Source: Desulfobulbaceae bacterium
GTDB lineage: Bacteria; Desulfobacterota; Desulfobulbia; Desulfobulbales; SURF-16
Assembly: GCA_020444175.1 (NCBI GenBank)
Contig: JAHLLM010000032.1
Location: 186 to 64,185, forward strand
Reading direction: 5' to 3'
Length of the DNA: 64,000 nucleotides
Shown: piece after piece, positions 30,839 through 39,721 of the stretch
Position numbering within the stretch: position 1 is the stretch's first letter
How the letters are laid out: the number at the start of each line of letters is the position of its first letter
The notes under the pieces: model-generated
Told to the model about the DNA's origin: nothing
The model's input: only the letters and a program-made list of their open reading frames with translations
Database searches by the model: none
Made by a program: the position numbers and the translations under genes

Positions 30839-33800
30839 ATGAAAAAAAGCTATAAAAGCGGTCTGATAGTCTCAGTCATAGCCGCAGCAGCGTTTATGGT
30901 GAGTGCCTCAGCTCAGGCCTTTACCCATGATCGTGTCACCTTGCGGGATGCCTCAGGTGCTGCTCTTGCCGCTGTTGATACTGATGCTGACGGCATCGGC
31001 GATGCAGTTCCGGCTACTGCTCCTGCGTACAGCGCCAAAGAAACGTGTGGCGCGTGTCATGCCTATGATGCTATTGAGCGTCATTCTTTCCATGCTCAGC
31101 TCGGGGCCAACGAGCACAAAGGTTGGAATGCCTGGGCAATGGGTAACTGGAACTCTATTGCTACGAAAGGAAAACCCTGGGTTCAGTCGCCAGGACATGC
31201 AGGCAAGTGGTGACCTCCTTCTGCTCGGCAGTTTGCTCGAGTATTCGGAAATGATATGTCATCCTTTAACGCTGCTGATAAAGGCAAGTACTACAGTGAT
31301 AACGACAATGATGGTTCTTATGATGGCGGCACTGTAGATAAAATGTGTAACCCTTTTGGTGTCCAGATGGTTCCAGGCTGGCCAAAACCTGGCTGTGTCA
31401 ACGTTAAACCTCTGACCCAGGCCCCGGTCGACTTTGCTGCCGGACCTTTTGACTTTGGTTCAACCACTGCCTTTGCAGCCAAGGTGGACAACTCAGTAGC
31501 CGGCCAGATGCGTGACTGTGCTGAATGTCACGTTGGTGGCGGCATGATGGAATACATCCCAGTATCCGGCTCCACTGATCTATCCGCCGGAACATGCGAA
31601 ACCAGGACAGAATTCTTTGACTCAGACAAAGACGGTGTTGCTGAGCAATATGACTCTAACGGCGGCGTAGCATGTGATGCCTCTGATCAGGGCACGCAAA
31701 TCTGCGGAACCTATCCCTACACATATGGCACCAAAAACTTTCAGTGCATCCCTGCCAACAGTCGTCAGGAACTGCGTAGCGCAACCCTTACCGGCGTCAA
31801 TACCTTTAATTATTTCATCGACCAGTATGATGAGAACAACGACGGTTCTATCGGCGAGGTTATTGCTCAGGACTATAATGACACCGGTGTTCTGGAGATG
31901 GACTGCCTGATGTGCCATCTTGACGGATATTCCTGGGAAGACAGGAAAGAAGCCATACGCAAAGGCCGCTTTGATGCGTCCCGTGCCCAAGGTGCCGGGA
32001 TTGGTGTCGTTGTTGACGCAAGCGGCGACGGCATGATCGGTGCCGGTGACGGCAATGTAGTTTCCTATGATGCCGCGGCTATCAGCGTAAATTCAAGCGG
32101 CGAGTTGACCCTGGGCGCCACCGGACTTAACGTTCACGGCTCAACTCCAAGTGAAAACTGTAACAGCTGTCATGGTGACCTGCACCAGGTTGACTGGAAG
32201 AAACGCGGTGACTCATGGACCGGCGACTACGGCAACGATGTCCATGCTGCAATCGGCTGTATCGGTTGTCATGATCCTTCAGTTAAATGGGCTGCAGACG
32301 GTACTGACGCTGACCACGGCTGGCGTGACTACATGGAAAGCCTGAACCTTGACGGTAAGGGATCCAGCGCAGTACTTGGCCACGACCCTGCTAAAGGAAA
32401 TGCCCCATACAGTTCACTGTGGAACAAGACAGACAACTCAATCGTTGGCTGTGCGGGCTGTCACTCCGGTGCTCCTACAGCAGCTGAAACCTTTGATGCT
32501 GCCGATCCAACTGCAAAGCATGAGGCTTTGGGCCTGACTTCCATCATCGCCCAGGACGGCCGTGACGGTGTCCGCGATATAAGCCATATCGAGCTCCTCG
32601 ACTGCTCCGTCTGCCATGTGCGCAAACTTGGCCGCGGGCCTTCCGCAGTTGAAGGCGGCACAACACACGGTTCACTCTACGAGTGGGGTACCGGTGGCGC
32701 CATGGTTGACTCCACCGGCACCGACGCTGATGGACGCCTGACCGACCACGAGAACCTCTATGTAGAGCGTACCATGGAAGACAACCTGTGCTACTCATGG
32801 CAGGGTTCCAAGCTCACAGCGAGAAACGCCCTGGTTACCATGTTCTGGCGTGACAAAGACGACAACTTTGCAAATGGCGGAGATCCGGCTTACTTTGACG
32901 TCAATGCTGATGGCCAGACAGGTGCTATGGATGCGGTTAATCCATCCCATGTCCGTGATGCCATGGCTGCTGCGAATCTTGATGTTCTGACCCACGATGG
33001 TATTATCGATGACGCTGAAATAGCTGCCCAGCAGACTGCACTGGCTAACTACCTTGCTGATAACGATGCAGATGGATACAGTGACATTCTTGGCACCTGT
33101 ATGTCCACCTCCTGTGGTAATGTTGCAGACTGGACAAAAGGCAAATTAAAACTGTCCTTCATGGGTGTTACATTCAAGGTTAACCATAACATCAGTCCTG
33201 CGGGTACTGCCCTGGGTAAAGGTGGTTGTCTTGACTGTCATGGTGCCGGTACTGTTTACAGCGGCTCCTACGATCTCAAGCCACGCGACCTGGATGCAAG
33301 CTGGGACAACACCTCTCCAACAGGCGAGAACAAATGGGTTGTTCCTTTCACCAAGGTTAACAATGCTGATTACGACGGCGACGGCGTAGTTGAAGGCGGC
33401 GACAAAGGGGACTGGCAGTTTTCTGACTTCCATCCAACTCTGTTTGCCAAAGGCCTGAAAGGACGTTCCATTGCTGTAACTGCTGCTAAAGGCGGCGCGG
33501 ACACTATTCGAACCATCGATCGTTCCGAGCTTCTTTATGAAGGCGACTCCACAGTAACTGGTGGTCCTGGTGCACGTACCATGGTTGACGGTACAGTGGC
33601 CACTGGTCGTGCAGCAATCGTTGCGGCTCTTGACAACGTTACCGACGCTATGCATAACCGTCATGTTGCTGCCGGCTATGGTAAGTGTTCAACCTGTCAT
33701 GACAACGGTGCAGGCGGACTGAATCTGTCCAAAGCGGGCGTATCTGATCTCGGATCCCTGTATGCTTTTACAGTAGTTGATGACGGTCTTGGCAACCCGC

Positions 33801-34450
33801 TGACCTGTTCAGCCAATGCCTGTCATGGCGACAACGGTTTCTCTGATGATGTTGCCTGGGAACTGGCAAGTGAAGTCAGTGTAACCCCGTACCTCAGCGC
33901 TCTTGCCGACCAGGATTATGATATGGTTGTTGAGCTCAACGCCAGCAGGTCAAACTGCGATAACGGTTGCGTGAGTTACAGTTGGGACACTTCAGGCGGT
34001 ACTGTACTTGGTGAACCGACGGACGAATTTGGCGCTCTCCTTTATCCCGCCGGTTCCGCGCTAGTTGTCCAGTACGGAGACACCAGTCAACACACTGCGT
34101 CTATTACGGTTACGGATGCTTCTGGTGAAATGAGGGCAACAAGCGTCAGCTTTACTCCTCAGATCGTTACTGATCCGGTAACAGGAGCTGATTTTACTTC
34201 TGCGGTTGCCGGGAATGACGTGACTCTTTCAGCAACAGTTGATGCATCTGCTTATCGCGCCTACATTTACTGGGGCGACAGGTCACGTACCATTTCCAAT
34301 GATCCTGTAGCCGATCTTGCTGCTGGAATCGCTCACACCTATAATCGTGTCGGCGATTACCGAATCAGGGTTATGGTTCTTGATTCACTTCATAACAGAA
34401 CCGATTACACTTTTAACGAGGACGGTGATCTGGAAGTAACGATTAATTAA
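30839..34450 (+). CDS. putative selenocysteine-containing exported multiheme cytochrome c, 1203 aa (U125; 9 CxxCH + CX4CH), with C-terminal PKD-like domains
   Basis: Start ATG 30839 (AAGGAG). TGA at 31211-31213 is in frame with ORF 31256-34450, reading SPGHAGKW*PPSARQFARVF. Signal peptide occurs only upstream of the TGA; SECIS-like hairpin follows. Confidence 0.85.
31211..31242 (+). promoter_or_regulatory. UGA codon plus candidate bacterial SECIS element
   Basis: UGA-CCUCCUUCU-GCUCG-GC-AGUUU-GC-U-CGAGU; hairpin with a bulged U. Confidence 0.75.
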
Positions 34451-34487
34451 CCTTCTCATACGCTAGATAAAACTTAAAACCTTTATC

Positions 34488-34522
34488 AAACAAGGCAGGC
34501 GGAATATCCGCCTGCCTTGTTT
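34488..34522 (+). terminator. intrinsic terminator after Sec cytochrome 2
   Basis: AAACAAGGCAGGCGGA-ata-TCCGCCTGCCTTGTTT. Confidence 0.85.
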
Positions 34523-34648
34523 TGTTTAGGGTTGGCTTTATAGAGCATGTTGAGTATAAAGTTTATTGTAAGAATTACGTATTAAGCTGGTGGATGAGAA
34601 TAATCCATGACTCTCATCTTACACCTTACCCCTCATTCCTCGCACATT

Positions 34649-36724
34649 ATGAGCCTCAGAAAACTCAAACGCAAACGTTCAAAAAGTGCCCAGAAAAATC
34701 TGACCAGATCCTTTGGGACAGCCGACCCGGACCAGCTTCTTCAAATCGCCCAAAAACACCATCATGCCGGGGATCTTGGGCAGGCTGAAAAGGCTTACAG
34801 GGAATTACTCCGGGCCTTTCCGAATCATGCGGCGGGCCACAATGATCTTGGTGTTCTTTTTCACAGCCTGAACCAACCCCAAAAAGCTCTTTTCCACTAC
34901 AAAAAAGCTGTATCTCTCAAGGCGGATTACCCACAGGCTCTTATCAACTCAGGCATCATCCTCATGGACCAGGGAGAATTTGATGAAGCGGTTGGCCTTT
35001 TTCAGCGAGTGCTCGACTCCGCCCCCACCGACATAGCAGCCCTGACCAACTTAGGCACAGCACAACACAGGCAGGGTAAACTTAGCGAGGCACTTGACTC
35101 GTTTCGTCAGGTTTTGGCCCTTGACCCCAATGATCTTTACGGGCTGAACAATCTGGCCCTTGTTTTGAAAGACCTTGGCGAGCTTGAGGAGGCCGAATCG
35201 ATCTTTAGTAAGGTAATCAGGCTGCAGCCCAGCGCAGAAGCCCATCATGGTCTTGGCCTTATCCACCGCAAACAGGGCAAACAGAATGATGCTGTTCAGT
35301 CCTTTCAGAAAGCCCTTGAGATAAACCCGGACGGAATTGATTCCTGGAGAAACATCGGCATTATTTATACCGAAAAAATGGAATTCGAAAAGGCCATTGA
35401 CGTTTATGAAAAAATCATCAACCAAAAACCTGATGATACGGAAAGCCTGAATAAACTTGGCTTGTTACACCAGAAATGCGGGAAACTGGAGGAGGCTGTT
35501 TCCTTCTTTCGGAAGGCCCTGCAGCTACAACCCGATTTTCTTGAAGCCCGAGCAAGTTTTGCCGAAACATTAGAAAAATACAACAAACCCGAAGAAGCCT
35601 ATCAAGAGGTCCTTAACGGTCTTGAAATCGCCCCACACGATATAGAACTGCAAACCATCGCGGCAACCTGCGAGAGGCGTCTCGGCAAGCAAACTGAGGC
35701 CCTTGAACGCCTCAGCCGACTGGAAACATCGGACCTGCAACCGGATCTGCAGAGAATGCTTTTCTTTGAGCTCGGTTATCTCCATAATAAATCCGGCAAT
35801 ACGGAAAAGGCATACAGTGCTTTTGCCGCAGCCAACCGTGCCTCGCAAACCATTAACAGCACTATTGATAAAGATTTTTTTACGCGCCGCATCGATCTGC
35901 TGCAGGAAGAATTTCAAAACATTACCTCCTTGCCCGAAATTGCTCCCGAGCTCCTGGGCAGAGCCCCTGTCTTCCTGGTCGGTTTTCCACGCTCAGGCAC
36001 CACACTGCTTGATCAAATTCTTGACAGCCATCCCCTGGTGCAGACCATGGAGGAAAAAGACATTCTTGCCCGGCTTGAAAACAAAGTGGCTGCCCCTTTT
36101 GAAAACTACCTTGCAGCCTGGCAGAAACTGACAAAAGAAAATATCACCGAACTGCAGGAAGAGTATTATCAGGGGGCTGCCCAGTATCTCACACATGAAC
36201 CTGGAACGATTTTAATTGACAGAAACCCCTACAATACCATGCGATCCTCGCTCATATGGCGGCTTTTCCCTGATGCGAAAATCATACTGGCCATACGGCA
36301 TCCTTTGGATGTCTGTCTCAGTTGTTTTATGCAGAATTTTAAAATCAATGTTGCCAATGCAAATTTCTTCACCATCGACGATGCAGCTGAATTCTACCGA
36401 AAAATCATGCAATTATGGCAGCTTTTCGAGAAAACGCTTCCCCTGAATTATCACATTGTCAGATATGAAGACCTGGTTGCTGATCTTGAAGGAGAAGCAC
36501 GAAAAGTCATTGATTTTCTTGAACTGGAATGGGACGAAAGAAGCCTTGCCTTTCATGAACACGCCCAAGCTAAAAGCCGCATCAAGACAGCGAGCTATCA
36601 TCAGGTGACGCAACCGATATATAAAGATGCAAGATACCGCTGGCTCAGGTATGAAAAATACGTTGGGGCTGCCAGGGAAAAGCTGGCGCCATTTATAACG
36701 TATTTTGGCTATGAGAATGTGTGA
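34649..36724 (+). CDS. TPR-repeat sulfotransferase family protein
   Basis: Long TPR array; FLVGFPRSGTTLLDQI, RHPLDVCLS, RYEDLV, QVTQPIY; start 34649 or 34607. Confidence 0.92.
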   Translation: MSLRKLKRKRSKSAQKNLTRSFGTADPDQLLQIAQKHHHAGDLGQAEKAYRELLRAFPNHAAGHNDLGVLFHSLNQPQKALFHYKKAVSLKADYPQALINSGIILMDQGEFDEAVGLFQRVLDSAPTDIAALTNLGTAQHRQGKLSEALDSFRQVLALDPNDLYGLNNLALVLKDLGELEEAESIFSKVIRLQPSAEAHHGLGLIHRKQGKQNDAVQSFQKALEINPDGIDSWRNIGIIYTEKMEFEKAIDVYEKIINQKPDDTESLNKLGLLHQKCGKLEEAVSFFRKALQLQPDFLEARASFAETLEKYNKPEEAYQEVLNGLEIAPHDIELQTIAATCERRLGKQTEALERLSRLETSDLQPDLQRMLFFELGYLHNKSGNTEKAYSAFAAANRASQTINSTIDKDFFTRRIDLLQEEFQNITSLPEIAPELLGRAPVFLVGFPRSGTTLLDQILDSHPLVQTMEEKDILARLENKVAAPFENYLAAWQKLTKENITELQEEYYQGAAQYLTHEPGTILIDRNPYNTMRSSLIWRLFPDAKIILAIRHPLDVCLSCFMQNFKINVANANFFTIDDAAEFYRKIMQLWQLFEKTLPLNYHIVRYEDLVADLEGEARKVIDFLELEWDERSLAFHEHAQAKSRIKTASYHQVTQPIYKDARYRWLRYEKYVGAAREKLAPFITYFGYENV

Positions 36725-36922
36725 AGGTCCGGCAAGTATGTGCTAAATGAGCCGGGGCAATACGGCAAATCAACAAATCAGGAGGCCGGAGACTGGCATA
36801 ACCGTATTTCTTCAATTGTGCAATGGTTGCTCCTCGCTTCCCTGGCCGCAAGCGAAAATGCATAGCCTGATGAGCTGAAAAATAAAGAGAAGAGTTCCCA
36901 CGAGGGGAAGAAAAGTAAAAAT

Positions 36923-36954
36923 AAAAAAAGGGAACCCAATGGGCTCCCTTTTTT
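36923..36954 (-). terminator. intrinsic terminator after the OmcE-like gene (possibly bidirectional)
   Basis: AAAAAAAGGGAACCC-aat-GGGCTCCCTTTTTT. Confidence 0.75.
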
Positions 36955-36978
36955 GTTTCTATCTTAAATTGATTCTGC

Positions 36979-37806
36979 TTATTTAAGATGACAGGTCAGA
37001 CAGAAACCACTGTTGCGGTCAGACTTCCACAGGAAGGTCTCACCGGTGTTTTTGGTGTTATGTACGTCATGACATGTTACACATTCCATCATCTCGCCCC
37101 CATAAAGCAGGGATTTGATGGTGGTCATCTCTTTTGCGCCTGCACCGGCACCATTAATGACGGTATCAGGATCGGCAATTTCGTCGTCCACGCTTGCTAC
37201 ATCAAGATAGCTGAAGCCGATTGGATGATGGTTGACCAGGTTACCGCCGCCACCGATTTTAAACTGATCAGCGATGAAATGGGTACCGGCGCTCTGTGAA
37301 TTTGAACGCTGCGGATCAAAACCATACTCGTTAACTGCTACAGTACCATCATGACAGCTCAGACAGAGACGTGAAACAGAGCCCGGCTCGCCTTGTGTAT
37401 CCCTGCCGTTGAACAGGTGACGATCTGCAAATTGTTCCGTATCACTCACTGTTCCAACACCAGCAAGACCAGAGGCGGTTGGTCCTTCGCCGAAATCACT
37501 CTCATACAGGTTATAGAACTGTGTGGTTACACCATGGTTCCACAGGGGCAGATATTTGATACCTGCAGCATCAGCTTCCTGAAGAGCGTGATGAGGTGCA
37601 TGACAGTAAATACAGATACGATCCAGAGAATCAGTCTGACCGTAAGAGCCACCAATACCGGTAGCAATACTCAGGTCATGCTTGGAACCAACAATGCCTG
37701 TACCAGCAGCAGCATTAAAAGAACCAGTAGTTGAATTCTGAGCTTGAGCAGTCCCAACGACAAGAAGTCCAAAGGCGGCTGCTAAGAGAATACTTTTTTT
37801 CATCAT
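36979..37806 (-). CDS. OmcE-like tetraheme c-type cytochrome
   Basis: Start ATG 37806/37803 after GGAGG; signal ending AQA; SKHDLS, ICIYCHAPH, PLWN, LCLSCHDG, NHHPIGF, ECVTCHDVH, FCLTCH in the order recalled for Geobacter OmcE. Confidence 0.8.
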   Translation of the reverse strand: MMKKSILLAAAFGLLVVGTAQAQNSTTGSFNAAAGTGIVGSKHDLSIATGIGGSYGQTDSLDRICIYCHAPHHALQEADAAGIKYLPLWNHGVTTQFYNLYESDFGEGPTASGLAGVGTVSDTEQFADRHLFNGRDTQGEPGSVSRLCLSCHDGTVAVNEYGFDPQRSNSQSAGTHFIADQFKIGGGGNLVNHHPIGFSYLDVASVDDEIADPDTVINGAGAGAKEMTTIKSLLYGGEMMECVTCHDVHNTKNTGETFLWKSDRNSGFCLTCHLK

Positions 37807-37958
37807 CTTTCCTCCAACTTGCGACATTAGTCATTTTGACATTTGTCACTTTTTTACAATTAGCTGTTCTCAAATAGAACAGCTTCCCATGAATTTCCCC
37901 AAATTACATGAGCGCGTTACAAGTATGATCACGTAAAGATCATTCTGCGGAGGAGTAT

Positions 37959-37974
37959 TGCACACTTTGTGCCA
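37959..37974 (-). promoter_or_regulatory. sigma54 (-24/-12) promoter
   Basis: TGGCACAAAGTGTGCA = GG-N10-GC upstream of the OmcE-like gene. Confidence 0.75.
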
Positions 37975-38434
37975 CAGCACAGCAGCCAAAAGGCCTCGAG
38001 ATGAAAACCTCGAAAGAACAGCAAGTTAGACAGAGAAACACGATCACCGGAATTACTAACAATGAATTTTATAGGGGGGTTTCCCCCTATGAATGCGTTT
38101 TATCACCCAAGAGGCCGGAATCATGAGTATGTACAACTATCGCGAACACGACGCACCTTCCCATAAAGATCTTGATTTTTTTGCGTTTTGACAGCATCAT
38201 TGTTAGAAATGTGGTGATTTTTCAAAAAAGATTGTGCATCAGGCACATTTTTTGAATACAAAAGGACCTTAACGCAAAATTTGCATTACTCATTTTTTTT
38301 ACATTCATGCCTTTCAATTCTCCTTACTGCCGGGTTTATTTAAAAAATACCTGGAACTAATTTTGGACAAAGGGCACCTTAACTACTACAGAGTCGGAAC
38401 TTTCTTGAGATTAACATTCAACATGGTTGGGCAA

Positions 38435-39703
38435 ATGAGCAGAATTAATAATTTCTTGTATCAAAGTTTGATGAAGTCGCAAAAAGTCCTGAGGTTGACC
38501 ATCCGCCAACGAAATATCAACAACTTACACACGTTTCGGCGGCGGTCGAAAGGTTTTTTACGAGACCGTCAAAGTTTGTTACTTGTATTTCTGATGACAT
38601 TTACGATTCTCAGTGGCTGCGTGTCAACTCCTGAACCAGTTGAGAACGACGAAGCTGTTTTCTTCCCCGATCCCCCTGCTCCTCCCCGGGTCCAATTTCT
38701 GACAAGTTTTACCTCTTCTACCGATATAACTGAAGAAGGAAGCGCTTTTGACTCATTTTTAACCGGCAGCACAAGCGAGGGGTATCACCTTGTTAAACCT
38801 TATGGAGCAACCATTCATGATGGCAAAATTTATGTTTGCGATTCTCAATCAACGGTTGTTGTTTTTGATGTAAAAAATAAAAAATTCCATCAGCTTGAAG
38901 GCGCAAAAGGACTGGGGAAAGTTGTTCAGCCGTTAAATATTTATCTTGATGCAGACAATAACAAGTTTGTGGCCGATCCTGTCCGCGGTGAAGTGCTCAT
39001 GTATGACAAAAACGACTTCTATGTCAAAAGCTTCGGACTCCCAGGCAGTTGGAAACCCGTTGATGCAGTTTCCTATGAAGGGCTTCTCTATGTCGTTGAT
39101 TCAGAGGCTCGAGAAATAAAGGTTTTTGATATTGAGACAGGTGAAAAAATCACTTCCTTTGGCAGAAACAACAAACCGGAAGAAAATCTTGGCTTACCAA
39201 CAGGCATAACAATAGGGCCGGACGAACTTCTCTATATCAGCGACTCCGGAAGATTCCAGGTTGTCATCTATGACCGGGACGGCCATGAAAGGGGAGCCAT
39301 CGGCAAACCGGGCGCTAATCTCGGCCATTTTGCCAGACCAAGGGGAGTTGCTGTTGATCGAACAGGTCGTGTTTTTGCTGTGGATGCAGCCTTTGAAAAT
39401 GTGCAGATTTTCCGCAATGACGGACAGCTTCTTCTCTTCTTCGGCGGCTCAGGAACCACTCCGGGAAGACTTTTTCTCCCTGCCGACGTTTCCATCGACT
39501 ATGACAATATTGAATATTTCAAACAGTACGCCGACCCTAACTTTGACATCGAATTTCTTGTCATCGTAACAAGCCAGTTTGGTCAACGCCTTGTCAATGT
39601 CTACGGTTTTGGTAAAGAAAGAGGGAGAACCTACCCCAGCGAAGATGAGCTGCTGCAAAAATCGGAAGAAAAACTGCAGAAATGGTTGAAACAGAGCAAG
39701 TAA
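38435..39703 (+). CDS. NHL-repeat beta-propeller lipoprotein
   Basis: Lipobox LSGC; FPDPP.PPRVQFL; P.G...D/G..YV.D repeats, GHFARPRGVAVD. Start uncertain; the signal peptide is interrupted by an in-frame MITE. Confidence 0.85.
   Translation: MSRINNFLYQSLMKSQKVLRLTIRQRNINNLHTFRRRSKGFLRDRQSLLLVFLMTFTILSGCVSTPEPVENDEAVFFPDPPAPPRVQFLTSFTSSTDITEEGSAFDSFLTGSTSEGYHLVKPYGATIHDGKIYVCDSQSTVVVFDVKNKKFHQLEGAKGLGKVVQPLNIYLDADNNKFVADPVRGEVLMYDKNDFYVKSFGLPGSWKPVDAVSYEGLLYVVDSEAREIKVFDIETGEKITSFGRNNKPEENLGLPTGITIGPDELLYISDSGRFQVVIYDRDGHERGAIGKPGANLGHFARPRGVAVDRTGRVFAVDAAFENVQIFRNDGQLLLFFGGSGTTPGRLFLPADVSIDYDNIEYFKQYADPNFDIEFLVIVTSQFGQRLVNVYGFGKERGRTYPSEDELLQKSEEKLQKWLKQSK
38469..38571 (+). mobile_element. 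MITE family A, copy 5 (103 bp, in frame within a CDS)
   Basis: TGATGAAGTCGCAAAAA...TTTTTACGAGACCGTCA; 5-bp duplication AAGTT. Confidence 0.8.
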
Positions 39704-39721
39704 AATATTGGTTTATTGCAA

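Noticed and set aside
17260-34235. Site-specific invertible element (shufflon)
   Set aside because: No recombinase in the window and the inverted repeats are coding domain ends; kept only as a gene-conversion observation.
17045-34450. Reading the split cytochromes as pseudogenes or as an alternative genetic code (UGA=Trp/Gly)
   Set aside because: The same stop in two divergent paralogs, with conserved flanks and hairpins, argues against decay. TGA is an ordinary stop elsewhere (865, 15544, 36724, 48449) and Trp is TGG.
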